In this document: positions 36,444 through 49,600 of the stretch, in pieces | Position numbering within the stretch: the stretch's first letter is position 1 | Layout of the letters: each line of letters starts with the position of its first letter | DNA from: Sporopachydermia quercuum | Taxonomy: Eukaryota | Length of the DNA stretch: 64,000 nt | NCBI GenBank assembly: GCA_001599295.1 | Contig: BCGN01000007.1 | Coordinates: 260,433-324,432 of the forward strand | Direction: 5' to 3' | Program-made: the position numbers and the translations under genes | Notes under the pieces: model-generated | Told to the model about the DNA's origin: nothing | Seen by the model: only the letters and a program-made list of their open reading frames with translations | The model's database searches: none

Positions 36444-38420
36444 ATGGTTGAACCTGAACGATCAAAATCTCATGGGAAATCCCATGAATCATTTAAATCA
36501 TCGGGATTAGGTCCTCCGTTGGATTCAAGCAATATCAATTCGAAAAACTATTCCAATACCAATACCTTATCTAATCACTCGTTTCCACCAAGGAGCATGT
36601 CCGTTAGCCATTCGACACAATCTGCCAACTCAACATACTCGAACAACTCAGCGTTATCATCACAATCAACATTCTATTCAGATGAAGTATCAGCTTCAGA
36701 GAACAAATCACCTTCAAGGCCTTCTTCGTTACGTTCAAATCGTTCAAGTACGTTTCCTGAAATGTCTACCTATCATAAATCATCATCAAGCTACAACAAT
36801 AAGAATATATCATCTTCACTGGGTAAAACAGTTACTCCAAGCTATAATGCTCCAACAACAAGTCAGAGAGTTAGTCAAGGGACTGTTCAAGGATCAAGCC
36901 ATCAGCCTACAAAGACGCGCCAGGCTTCAAATGCTACACTTCCAAGAAGGAAGAATAAACCTCATCATATTGGTGGGAGACCCAACTCGCTATGGGAGGC
37001 TTTTTACCGATTTGCAGTTAACAGCAAGAACTCAGACGCTTTAGTTTATGCATCGACAAGAAGAGAGAGCTTTGTTCAACAAATGAGACGGGCCTCTTCA
37101 TCAGATTCACGGTTTGCTGTTATGAATAACGATTTGGACTTGATTGAGCTGTGGGTTATCATGTCATTGAGATTCCTATTGAAAGGAAAACTGCTATTTT
37201 CACCAGGTGCCTCAAGACACATTGAGAAAAATAACTCCAGTTTTGTCGATCCAATACTTGATTTGCAAGGAGTTCTGAAAGACCAATGGACTTGGCAATT
37301 GGCATTGGATCATCCGTCGTCATTAGTATATGGATACAGGCTGAAGAAAGATAGGTTCAAGAAAGACGCAGGAATGCATACAACCAGAAAACTGAAGGCA
37401 CTGAACAAAGCATCAAAATCGTCTTCTTCTGTTAACTCAATTCCTGACACTGATAGAGAATCAACGTCAGCTTCTTACGAAGGTCCTCCTAATTTCGTAC
37501 CTTTCATAGGTCGGTCATATTCTCAATTGCCATTTGAAGAAGGCCATTTTGGTACCATTGTAGCTAAATCTCTATGGTATTATCTAAAGACAGATGAATG
37601 GGAAGATACTTTGAGTGAGATTTATCGAATACTAAAACCAGGTGGTTGGGCAGAGTTTGTAGTTTCTGATTTCCAGCAATTGAATACTTTTTATCCTACT
37701 GAAGGTGGAGAAGAAAATGGAAATAAGAATGAAGGAAGTAATAAAACGTTTGATGAAAGGTATTTTTGGGATAAATTAGCACAAGGAGTGAAGAAGAGAG
37801 GTATGGATGTTTATCCTAGTAAAAGTCTTGTTAAAAGACTACTAGCAGCAGGATTTATTAACATTCGTAGAACGTATATTGCATTGCCCCGAGGAGGATG
37901 GGGAGGACCTGTGGGAAATTTGACAGATCTTCTATCTAGTTATTTCACCCAGTCAATGTTTTTTAATTATGCAGATTTGTCACCTCAAGCTCAACATTTG
38001 TTTCGAAAGGATTTGAGTGATATCAGTGATGGTAGTACCGGACGTTCACGTAGTAGGAGAAATACTACAGAGATGGGAAACAGAGGATCAACAGGAGTTG
38101 GAAAAGGAGGAGGAGATAATACAGGGAATCCAACAACTGGAAGCATTGCAGAAAGCGTCACTGGTTCATCTAGCGGAATGCATCATCAGCACTCATTTTC
38201 AACATCTGGAGCTTCTGTTCCGCCTTTGGTGAACAGTAATCCATTTACTAAGCTTCATGGATTCCATAGTATGAAAGGGTCAAGTATGAACGCTGCATCA
38301 ACATCTTCTGCGTCTACAGATGCTAAAAAATATAACCAAGAGGGTTCAATCACGCACAGCAAGCTACCTAGAGCGAACTATCTTATGTTATGTTACGCTC
38401 AGAAGCCTATAGATAGCTAG
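36444..38420 (+). CDS. Fungal class I SAM-methyltransferase-like protein with Ser-rich disordered N-terminus, 658 aa
   Basis: ILDLQG...WTWQLALDHP; QLPFEEGHFGTI; EWEDTLSEIYRILKPGGWAEF (Methyltransf_11-type motifs); terminal strand LMLCYAQKP. Confidence 0.72.
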   Translation: MVEPERSKSHGKSHESFKSSGLGPPLDSSNINSKNYSNTNTLSNHSFPPRSMSVSHSTQSANSTYSNNSALSSQSTFYSDEVSASENKSPSRPSSLRSNRSSTFPEMSTYHKSSSSYNNKNISSSLGKTVTPSYNAPTTSQRVSQGTVQGSSHQPTKTRQASNATLPRRKNKPHHIGGRPNSLWEAFYRFAVNSKNSDALVYASTRRESFVQQMRRASSSDSRFAVMNNDLDLIELWVIMSLRFLLKGKLLFSPGASRHIEKNNSSFVDPILDLQGVLKDQWTWQLALDHPSSLVYGYRLKKDRFKKDAGMHTTRKLKALNKASKSSSSVNSIPDTDRESTSASYEGPPNFVPFIGRSYSQLPFEEGHFGTIVAKSLWYYLKTDEWEDTLSEIYRILKPGGWAEFVVSDFQQLNTFYPTEGGEENGNKNEGSNKTFDERYFWDKLAQGVKKRGMDVYPSKSLVKRLLAAGFINIRRTYIALPRGGWGGPVGNLTDLLSSYFTQSMFFNYADLSPQAQHLFRKDLSDISDGSTGRSRSRRNTTEMGNRGSTGVGKGGGDNTGNPTTGSIAESVTGSSSGMHHQHSFSTSGASVPPLVNSNPFTKLHGFHSMKGSSMNAASTSSASTDAKKYNQEGSITHSKLPRANYLMLCYAQKPIDS

Positions 38421-38440
38421 TTTCATCTTCTCTGTGCGAG

Positions 38441-38450
38441 ATCACGTGAT
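38441..38450. promoter_or_regulatory. Perfect palindromic E-box ATCACGTGAT (bHLH site, Cbf1/SREBP type)
   Basis: 10-bp palindrome 20 bp after the methyltransferase-like stop codon, with TATAAA about 45 bp downstream. Confidence 0.35.
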
Positions 38451-39880
38451 GGGGCGGTGAATTGAGCCATGTTCGGCATGATCAAGCTAAAATGCATATA
38501 AAGGGTAGTTTGACTCCAAAATAGTAATGTACAAGAACAGGGTGAAGTATTATGACTTTAATGAAAATAAAATAGGAGTAAAAATGAATGAATGATTATT
38601 TTTAATGCTTGATAGTATTGCAGCAATATTGATGTAGAAGTTGAATGATTAAACCCCATTATTGATGAGGTAATCAGAAATTGTACTTTGTAGTGTGTCA
38701 TGACTCGTCATTGAGCAGTAAAGAGTGAGAATAAATTAGGAAGTTTTCATACAAGTCAGTTACCAATACGAGTTGTTGATATCAAATCGTCAATGGTAAC
38801 TATGGAGCTTACGGTTGGGTTCAGACAGGTTTTTCTCTACATAAGGATTCCATATACAATGTCGAATATTGCTTAGCATCAAGCGGGAGGATGGTATCAA
38901 TTATAAGGTTTTCAGTTGATGGTTCAGTCGCATCATACTACATTAAAGTGTTCCTGAACTCCCTCTCTCACAACCTCTGATACATTTATAGACAATGTCA
39001 TTGTAAATCAGTTTATAATTTGAATTTAAGTCCGTAATTATTAAGTCCATGTCGAGTTTCAATTGAGCGAACATATTAGTACGCCTGCTAGATTTTCTAT
39101 TTTGACGTACCGTACCTTCAACTTGTTTCCTGTCTATCCAACTCAATTGACGCGTCTTACTGTGTTGCCATCTTCTATCAATTATAAGAAAGACTGGCGT
39201 AAGGATGATGGATCTAAAATAAATACTGCTAATTACCAAAGCAAAGCTTCTTAAAACTGCAAACCGTTTATCTGGATATAATTTTTGCGTTCTTTTATTA
39301 GGATCTATACAATCCTTCATTCACACTTTCGCCATTCGAGCAATCAGCCGACCATTTAGTATATAAATATAGTTTAAATTTCTATGTATACTATATGTAT
39401 GANAATGCAACAAGTCTGTTTCTATCAGCAAAGCACTACCTCCATTAGGATTAGAACTAGCTTCTTTGCATTATTAAAGCTTGTTGACTTTGCTTTCGTC
39501 AAAGCCATCTCAGTGAACCTCCAAACTGTTTTAACTATGGTCTTCTTTTATTCCCCCTTGAATCAACCCAATCATTCTACCCGTTCGTTCATTTCTCTCT
39601 TCCCTTTATTCAATCGTTATGCAATAATTATGCATAGTTCCTTGCCTTTCCTAAACAGTCCAAACATCTACAACCTTATTCTCTTTGCTGGGCGAAGTTG
39701 CTAACAAATGCAAGCCGACGTTTCCTTATTGGAGAAATCAATCTACTTACTGTTCTTATTATGATTTTAGGAACAGGAACATCTACAAAATGAAATTACC
39801 TGTTATACGTACGATTACTTTTTTCATTTTACTGAAAGCATTATAATTGAGAACTGTTGAAGAGTATAAACTTTTGCAAC

Positions 39881-41901
39881 ATGATACATGGTGTTTGCCC
39901 TAAGCTATTTGCTATTATCACAATGGCCCTCTGGGCCGTAGGTGTGATAGGCAATACGGTAAAGCTTGATCAAACGTATGATAATCAAGAAGTTTGCTCT
40001 GGAATGTATAGTAAGAAAGATTGGGGTGGGAAATATNCACCTCATATAGCAGGTAAGTTGGATTTGTGATTCGCGGGAGATGCAAGGTAGCTTCAACTGT
40101 ATACGCCATAAGTGGCACTGGTGCTGATGTTCCTATGGATTAGTGTCAATAGAGCTTCTGTTTGAATACTTGAAACTAACGAATCAATAGTGAATTTGGA
40201 CCGTGATGATAAGGAAGATTACTGGGTAGCTGTTGTTATATTTGAATGGAAAGATATAGGCTTACTAGGACATGAGACATCATCAGGAGTGAGTATTATA
40301 ACTATTGATATATGCGTATATAACTCTATANCGTATATCATCACATCGTCTGTTTTTGCTTTTAGCTGTCCTTCCTGATATCATCTACTAACAACTTATA
40401 GAATAAAAAATATGTCTGTGATGAATTAGCTATTGAAAGTGGATACTGTGATGAAGAATCATTAGGAACTTATATTGTTCAGAATGCAACAAATGCAACA
40501 GAGAGCGGAAAATTTTCAGCAATTACTACGGTTGTGATGAATCCTTCAGATCCTAAACCTTTGAACTATGACATAAATAAAACTGGGTTCTACTGTATTG
40601 CCTCATTTTCACCAGACAGTCGTAAATACACTGGAACCGTTGTTTTTCAAAATGCTTACGGAAACTTACCAGCAAGCCAAATTCCTAAGTTACCTTTTTA
40701 TGGAGGTATGGCAATTGCCTATCTTGTTGTGTTGGCTTTCTGGCTATTTCAATATTTCCGATACAAGAACGATATTCTACCATTACAAAATTATATTACC
40801 GCAATTTGCGGGTTTATGGTATTTGAAATGATTGCTATTTGGGCATACTATGATTATGTCAATAAGCAAGGTAACACAACATTTGGCAAAGCTTACCTGA
40901 TCGTATTGTCAATCTTGAACTCATTTAGAACTGCTTTTTCCTTATTTATGCTGTTGATTGTTTGCTTGGGTTATGGTGTTGTCAGACCATCGTTAGGCAA
41001 ATTGATGTGGAAATGTCAAGCCTTAGGATTAGCCCACTTTTTGTTTGGAGCTGTTTATACTTTGATTACTTATTTGACAGACCCTGAAGACGTTAATGAT
41101 TGGACTTTTTTCCTTATTTTACCATTAGCAATAACATTTACAGCATTTTATGTATGGACATTAAACGCTTTGAACAATACAAGCAAATATCTAATTGATA
41201 GGAAACAAGAAGTGAAAGCCAATATGTTCAAGATCCTATGGAGATTATTAATGGGATCCTTAATAGCTATATTTGTATTCTTTTTCGCTGATTCATTTAT
41301 AATGGTTGGCATGAGCACAACAGACTTTATTGAGAATCACTGGAAATCCCGATGGTTTTTGTTGGATGGATGGCTGAATATTGTTTATTTTGTTGTCTTT
41401 GTTTCCATAGCATTTGTTTGGAGACCCACGCGAGATAACAGAAGATTTGCAATGTCAAGCCAATTAGCTCAAAGCGAAGAAGACTACGCTGGTGATTTTG
41501 ATCTAGACGATTTGCAGTCGCTGGAAGAAATGCCTGGTGCTAATGATATCGAAGCAGCTCAGGCAGGTCCTCGGGACACCATTAAAACTAAAGCTCCAAA
41601 TAGAGGTAGTACTGACAGCATTGGGTTTGATGCTACACCTGAAGGACAAAGCTATAATAATAGCGGCTATGGTCATTTAAGCAGTGTTCCCGATACTGTT
41701 AATGAAGCGGACTTTGATCATGAATCTGATAACCAGTATGATAAGCATACTGATTCGTCAAATGCTGATAGTAAGAAGAAAGAAGATACTGGGAAGAACA
41801 GCAGCAGTAATAAAGCTGGAGACGAGCCAATGTTTTCCCTTGATGACGAGGATTATGAAGAATGGAGTGATGATGATTTTTCCAGTAATAAAAAGAAATA
41901 A
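39881..41901 (+). CDS. PTM1: Ptm1/GOST (lung seven-TM receptor family) membrane protein, about 589 aa; exons 39881-40052, 40191-40288 and 40402-41901
   Basis: Signal peptide; CSGMYSKKDWGG; VVIFEWKD; KYVCD; FQNAYGNLPASQIPKLPFYG; LGYGVVRPSL; WRPT..NRRFAMS. Introns GTAAGT..AACTAAC..TAG and GTGAGT..TACTAAC..TAG keep the frame. Confidence 0.92.
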
Positions 41902-43813
41902 AGGTGGTAGCTTTTAATAGATTCTGTATAGAATATGAGAAGGGGTTGAGGGGGAAAATAAATAAAGTTTAAGTTTTTATGTAAGTTTGACGTTATGCAT
42001 TAAATGGACATGAGATGGCATAAAGAGAAAGTAATTGTGAAACGAACAATAACATACGAATATGATATTTACCATTCTGCAACGAACTATTATTGTGATT
42101 GGGAGGTAGAGAAGGCATTAATTTGGCAGGAGTCAGGTTCAACTATTTATGTTGGGAATTGGATATGTGACTTTTCTAGTTATTTGAGTTCAATGAGAAA
42201 CTGCAGCTATGTAGAAAATGCATTAACATTAACTTAATTTCGATACATAAGTGTAGAGGGAAATAGTATGTATGCTTTCGGTTTTCCAACTACTCATACA
42301 AATTATATTCTCAATTCGAGACTAATGAAAACGATATTGGATTGCGAGGGCTAATAATATTAAGCAAGTAATGATTGACTTTGAGTGGGGTTTCTTGTAG
42401 ATTCTGTTGACAGTAGATCACGCATCATGGCTAAATCAGTAAAGCTCCATCCTTTTCTTCCTGTTGAGGGTTCACGAAGTATGAAACGACAGAAAAGAAG
42501 AATTTACCAGTGAATTGTCTTTTTTTTTCATAATAATTACACTGGTTCTCTATAATCNTCTTTCTGAGCCGACAAACCTAACAACTAATTCAAAAGCATT
42601 GAGGAGACTTGTTCTCACAAGGTGAAAGTCTAGAAGTGAAGTTCGTGCTGGCCGTCTCGAACAGGAGGGAACTTTGATAAAAATGGCTATTGAATATTGT
42701 TTTGATTATACATTAATTACTTTTTTCACGGCTCAAATCAATAAATGTCACTACTCTTCGAAGAATGAATCTTCATTCTACCATAGATTATGACAGTTTA
42801 TGAAACTGGGAATCATTTGAATCAAGTTTCACAAGTTCATAGTTAAAGTTAGATTATCATTACTTATTTAAGGGAAAAGAATAAGCTTAGCTTAATAAGG
42901 TTTCATGTAGAATGAATGATGTATTGCGAAGTCTTTTTTTATTTTTTATTTTTTACTTTTATTATCTCTTCATGAAATCTACTTGAAGTACTTTTACAAG
43001 AATAAAATAATTTTGTCATTGTTTTGCTGAATAGCTGAATTCCAGGCTATAGCCTGATGTTCCACTATGGCTCGAATATCTCGAACACCTTCCCTCCCAA
43101 AGCTAATTTTCCAATTCCAGTATCCTGTAATGCAGCCCATTTTAAACGGAAAGTTTATTTAAGCCTCGATCTCAATCTACCCTCTAATGACTGAAGGTCT
43201 TCATAGTCTTCATACTGACATTTTTGTTCAACTTTCAAGCATTAATACCTAACATTATTTACCGTTACTCCTTCAGGTACCAATTTTCCATGCTTTCCAT
43301 CCTCAAATAGACCCATTTTCAAACATATCACTCATCTGCCGTGCTTCTCGTCCTTTCCAATGTTTGGCTCTTGCAGCTTACTCTAATCGTATTACTTAAC
43401 ATTATTTCCATTTTAGTTAAGGAAGCTCCCAATCCAGCAGTTACTTCCTGAAACACGCCCTTAACTCCTCTCCTGGAATTTCACCCTATCCATGTCAATA
43501 GATCGGTGCTTATTCAACTATTCTTCTTGTATTCCTCCTACTCAGAGACACATCATAATACCATTTCTTTGTAATATGACTATCTAGGCTACAAGTCTGA
43601 TTTCATAACGCGTTATTAATATACAAACTATTTAAACTTTTCAGCAATCAGACAAACATTCAACTTTTGTTGAACTGTCATAAAATTGTCGTTGGTAGTT
43701 TCGCTTGTTTCTTGCCTTGGAAGTATAAGACACGTCAATATATGATAGGGGATTCTTACTAAGATTCTTTAACCAAAAGGACTAAAACTTTCATAGGACA
43801 GGCACCAGAAAAG

Positions 43814-45499
43814 ATGAAAATAACAGAACTAAGACCAGGATATATCCTGGCAACATTTGTTGTGATAATAATAGTTATCTCCAGTATATTCTCAACAGAA
43901 GCAGCGCCTAGATTATATGAAAAGGCCTCCTCATTTTTCCCTTACTCACGCGTACCATTAGGATTGAAGGAAACCAACGTTTTATCCATGAAGCCGTATC
44001 CAAATCTGAAATACGAAAAGCCTCTACCTCCAAGTATCAAGTATACCATTAAAGATCCAGAAATTCGAAATCCAGTTGTTGAAGGTAAGATGGAATCCTA
44101 TGTGCTCGTTGATTATATAATAGCAGGCAAACTTGAAAGACTTGCTCCAATGATAAAAAATGTACAACTGACTCAGTTTGTTCATCAGTATTTGGATGAT
44201 TTGGCAAAGTTCAACGAAGATGGGGGCAAAGGAGGATTCAAGATCGAGACTGGCAAGATTCCAATTTTAGACGAAGCATTAGAATTGAAACAATTACTTG
44301 ATGATGCTAAAGTTCAACACACCGAAACCAATCAAGAAAAGCCACCATATGATTTTGATAGAATTGCCGAAGGCTTGAATCATATGTTGGGCAGAATTAG
44401 CGATACCAGCAATAGGGGTGAATGGAAGTATCATAACAGTAAAAATAATCTTAAATTCCGTACTGTTCAGTCATTGTTCAAGAAGTTCATCCCTGAAGAA
44501 GAGAAGAGATCAAATATTAAATGGACTCCTTTATCTTCTGAACAGAAAGCTTCTGTTAATAAGAAATTTGATAACTCTAAGATTGCAATTATTACGGAAA
44601 TTGAACCCCATGTTTATGAAGAGCTTCAAGATTCTTTCAAGCTGGAGGAAATGAAAAAGAATAGAAACAACTACTGTAAATCACATGGTTATAAATGTAT
44701 CTTTATTGACATTGACAGCTATAAGTCATATACTAATGCTGTGACATATCGCAATCTTAGATGGGCTAAACAGAAGGCTATTAAGGATCTATTTGACAAT
44801 GATCCTAATATTGAGTGGATCTGGTGGGTTGATCCCAATGTTATTATTATGGATCAAACAGTTGATTTATACTCATATTTACTTGATCCCACTGTTTTGA
44901 AGTCCAAAGCATCTTTTGGACTGCCAGTTAGAAACCCAAGCCGTGAATATGAAGTTGGAGGGCCAAAGAGTTACATGGATCCTAAAGTTCTAACACTACC
45001 ATCGATTGATGTTCGAACTGTTAATAATGAAAAAGTGTTTGAAAATCCTGATGATATTGCAATTATTGCCACTTATGGACCTCATGGTTTAGACGACTCG
45101 TCTATTTTTTTTCATAGGTCAGTTACTGCCAATTTCTTCTTATCAATATGGGATTTTGGAATGCTGGATGAGATATTTCACCCCGCAACAAAAACTGCAG
45201 ATAATCTGAATAATTTCTATTCTCACCATTATTTGATTCATGATCGTACTGTTGTTGTACCCAAGAGATCAATTGATGCTGTAACTGAGTTACCTAAGGA
45301 TTTGATGTTTGGTGGTTTGGATTATGATCCAACTGTTTCTGACTTATCCCAAGAAGAATTAGAGAAGCTAAAGAAATCTGCTGAAAGTCTAATGTTGTAT
45401 CAAAATGGTGATTTTGTTGCAAAACTCACATGTCCTGATTTCAATTCCAAAGAATGCAAGGCTACTATGAGTAAACTTTATCGTGAAGCTGAGTTTTAG
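43814..45499 (+). CDS. Type II membrane glycosyltransferase family 34 (Mnn10/Mnn11/Gma12-like), 561 aa
   Basis: N-terminal TM anchor; NRNNYCKSHGY; WAKQKAIKDLF...EWIWWVDPNVIIMD; C-terminal YQNGDFVAKL.C. Confidence 0.82.
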   Translation: MKITELRPGYILATFVVIIIVISSIFSTEAAPRLYEKASSFFPYSRVPLGLKETNVLSMKPYPNLKYEKPLPPSIKYTIKDPEIRNPVVEGKMESYVLVDYIIAGKLERLAPMIKNVQLTQFVHQYLDDLAKFNEDGGKGGFKIETGKIPILDEALELKQLLDDAKVQHTETNQEKPPYDFDRIAEGLNHMLGRISDTSNRGEWKYHNSKNNLKFRTVQSLFKKFIPEEEKRSNIKWTPLSSEQKASVNKKFDNSKIAIITEIEPHVYEELQDSFKLEEMKKNRNNYCKSHGYKCIFIDIDSYKSYTNAVTYRNLRWAKQKAIKDLFDNDPNIEWIWWVDPNVIIMDQTVDLYSYLLDPTVLKSKASFGLPVRNPSREYEVGGPKSYMDPKVLTLPSIDVRTVNNEKVFENPDDIAIIATYGPHGLDDSSIFFHRSVTANFFLSIWDFGMLDEIFHPATKTADNLNNFYSHHYLIHDRTVVVPKRSIDAVTELPKDLMFGGLDYDPTVSDLSQEELEKLKKSAESLMLYQNGDFVAKLTCPDFNSKECKATMSKLYREAEF

Positions 45500-46677
45500 T
45501 AGCCATGCTGAGATAATAAGTAGATAGGAAATAATACTGAGAATGTTGCGAATAAAGCTGCTAAACGTTTTTACTTAATTATGATGATAGTAGAAGAATA
45601 GTATAACGCATGCCATTAAAATAGTTGTAAAATTAGTATCCTATCTGTGATCATAAGCTGCGAGATGAGATAAACGATACATGTGAGTTTATGTGACTAT
45701 GAGAAATTCAGTATGCAAAACATGCAAATTATACATTAAGATGAAAACCTCTACAGAAGATTCGTTGGTAAATTGTTAATGGAGTAAGAGAAGTGCGGGC
45801 ACATTAAATTATACAATTATTGGTTCCGGCTAGTAATTTGGTAATTCGGCAATTCAATTAGATAGAAAAAAGAGGTTCTCATCTGTTCGCTAAAAAAGCA
45901 AGATTTTGCATCATCGACTGTTGAGATACCACGCACGAGAAGCTTCTAAAAGGATTTCTAAATGGAGTCTAGTATCGCATTGACTATGCAGGATCCTCAA
46001 GTTAAACATTTTTGAATATAATAGAGGTTTCGATTCATTAGATGAGTGGAATCTAGAGAGTTAGTTACTAGTTCAAATGCTCAATTCTTTCTACATTAAG
46101 TGTCCTGAAAAGCTGTGTAAATCGTAGTATCGAGTAATACCTCAAAGGTTTGGGAGTGTTCCCATGTTTAAGCTGTAGAGTGAAACCCTATTTCCATTCA
46201 AATATATCACTGAGTTCGTCTTTGAACGTTCTAATGCCTTTAGCATTTTTTAGTCCGAGTTATTCCACCCTATCCTATCCTTTTGTATAGAATTAAGTAT
46301 AATTTTAGCGAGACCATGCATTTCGTATCCTACTGAACTTCAGGTCAACAGTTAGTATGTTGAGATCAATTAGGTTGCCTCAGCATGTTTCCTTCTATTC
46401 TTAATTATTTCTATTCTTTCTGCCGTACTCTTTGAACTTATAATTCCAGCCATCATCTCCATTATTAATATAATCATTTAATCAAACAAACTGAGAAAAA
46501 CTTCCAACTAATCTCCTGCGCACACACACACACATTTGTTACAGTCTCATACGCAATGCATATTTCTACCTTCTGATATAAATAATGAGCGCCAGTATAG
46601 CATTCATAGTGCACAGCATCAATGCAAACTCTGCAGCTCCTAACAATCATCCCCATCTCACATCACCATAATACTGC

Positions 46678-49600
46678 TCATACAGTATTACATTTGCAGT
46701 TACAATCAGGGACAGGACATACAAAGTGCTTTGCAAACCATTCCTCTGCATGGCCCGCATGCATTCCATGATTACAGCTCAAACAGAAACTAAACCATTT
46801 CTTGAACTCATTCGTAACATCTTTATCGTTATCTTCCGTGTTATAGTCATCATTTTGTTCTTCCTCTGAATGGGTTTCAAGCCTTGATGATTTCGCGGGA
46901 TTCATCTCTGACCTGCTAGTCTTATTATTCAAATTATGGAATGAACTTGCTAGGCCATGATTAGCATTTGCTGATAAAGATACATGTTTCGCAGTAGAAC
47001 CTCTTGGACCACGTTTTGCTCTTCTTTNAGTTGATTCTGCACTAGTTACATCTAAAATAGGTATCGACGAACCTAATGATAGTAGGCATACAGCGCACCT
47101 AGGTAAAGGAGAATTGCAATGAGGACAAGTGATATTGTCGGAGGCCCGGATCATTTCGGAGCTGGAGCTTCGACCAGATCTTTGGAAAAACTTCCGAACT
47201 GTTTCTGCCTTTCTTGTAGCTGTTGTTTGTTTAGAAATACTCTGATTACACCGAGTACACTGTAAATATACTTGTCTAGGTGCAATTCTAACCATATTTT
47301 CGCCGCTATTATTAACTGATAGTTTAGCACGTGCTACATCAAAACGAGCTCTTTGATGGAAAAAGCCCCAGTGGTTTAAAAGTTCTCGATACGATTCAGT
47401 CCACATTTCGGCTTTTTCATCGGAGAAATATTTCGGAGTTCCGAACGCAGCTATTAATGCAGCTGTCTGGACGTCTCCTGTACGATCCACATATGCCTGG
47501 AGTAATTTCATGCCATCTGGAGTTATTCCTGTTAACAATAAGCCTTCAAGTTCACCTTCTTTGATAGCTCTTTCCGAAACTCGTGTTAGATATATGGATA
47601 AGTCCTTATCAGAAAGAAACCTCAAAGCAATTCCGAGCCTCTCTCTTAATGGTAGTGAGCTTTCATCTAAAACTTCCCACCAATCATTATCGGCTATAAA
47701 CGCGAAGATTGCTCGGAGATATGGGTCATCCAACTCCGAAGACATTTTTCGGCATTGTTCCTTCCATGGTGAATTCTCTGGTTTATCCCGGAACGCAGAG
47801 TATCCTGCTATGGCTGTAGATATTAGTTTCAGCCTTTCCGAAGGTGACCGGCTTAACACCTCTACTGCTTTTTCCACATTTCCATGAAAAACTGCCCATC
47901 CTGCTGCTTTTTCGTATTGTTGGTTTTCTATTATCTTGTCTAGCATGTCATCAAGTTCATCTAAGCCAAAGGAGAACCCCAGGACTATCAAACAGAGTTT
48001 CCGATGCCATAAATTAGATTTCACACCATGAACCTTATTCTGGAAATTATTCTCAACTGGGAAAGTGCGGCAGCCTATTTTGGCAATTATTTCTTCAATA
48101 GCTGTTTCGAATAAGCTTGGGGTTAAAGGTTGGGTTCCTTTTGGGAAGTAACGGTTTTGACTATTCAGCCCGGATACTCCTGCCCATATTCCGGATACTC
48201 CCTCATATCCCAAATCTATTCCCGAGCTCGAAAAGAGTAATTTATCCCTGGTGTATTGTTCCCCCAGTTTGATCCATCCCCAAGTGTTGTGTAGATGTTC
48301 CATAGACCCGACAATATCCACATTAGATAGGATTTCTATATTATTACTAGTATTAAGAGAATAACCAGCTTCAGCCCGCTTTCTAATTAAAGAACAGACA
48401 TCACGGTCCAGTACTTCACTTGCAGGAAGAACTCTGTCAAAAGAGCGATTAGATGATTCTCTAGATGCACCGTCTTGTAGTGAAACATCTGATGGGTACC
48501 TTGTTTTCGTCGTGTTGTCTGTTGGTAAAGTATCTTTGGGGCCCATTCCAATAGTACTTAAACGATGAGTTTCTGGTGAGCTTTCTGCTGCTTCAATCGC
48601 ACGGGCGAGTCCGGAAGGATACTGCAGCATTGTTCCGTCAACACCTGTTATTGCCATCGAGTTCCGAGGATCGAACTTTACTGCATACTGACTTTCCACG
48701 GCTTCCATTTTGAATACTAAGCCGGACATTCTCATACAAATCACGTTAACTTTCTCGGGCAAATAGGGATCTGGACAGTANTCAAAGGACACTATTTTAT
48801 CTAGATTACTTTTAACATCTAGAACATTAGCGACGAATAATGTCCGAGAATAATCAAAGTCCGATTGGGTTCCAATATCATCCGAGGCTCCCGTGGACTT
48901 CCGAGATTTTCTCACAGGAGGGATTTTACCTAATTGCCATCTTCTTAATAAATCTCCGGAACTTAAAACACCAAACTCTCCCCTTCGGATGGCGGAATAT
49001 CGGAAACATGTAGAATGACTCTTCCGAGATGTATCGGACAGTAACCTGTTGAAATATAAAAGAGGCTCCGCAGAAGTACCTGTGGCTGATTGGCGAAGTT
49101 GCCGACGGTCCCAGATAGCTACTGAACCTTCTTCTGAGTAGGAGGCAAATAGATTCGCATCATAAGGATCCATAGAAATGCCATGGACGCATCTTGTAGC
49201 ACACTGCATCACTGAGGATTGATTTGTTGGTTGCCGTATGTCTATCTCCCGTAGAAACTTGTAACTTCCGCATACTAAATTATGGTTTGAATCAGAAAAG
49301 AATCCTAACGACGAAACGACTTCTCCTAATAGATTATGATACACTGGTTTGCCAAATATATCAGAAGTGTTTGCCGAAGAAGCAGGGACAGACGAATTTA
49401 TCATCGAGGCAGCTGAGTATCGGGATGTGTCCCATATCTGTAAAGAGAAATCGGACCTTACTTTATCCAATCCAACAGCAAGAAGATTATCGGCATTGAA
49501 TACAACAGAATTACAGGGACGTGCCTGTCTACTTTTCAGTCTCACTACTGTTGAGTCTGGGTCTGTTATATCCAGTAGCGATACCGTTCCATTGAGTTGT

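Noticed and set aside
38441..38620. TCACGTGA as CDEI of a point centromere
   Set aside because: Followed by GC-rich sequence rather than a very AT-rich CDEII, with no CDEIII consensus at the right distance.
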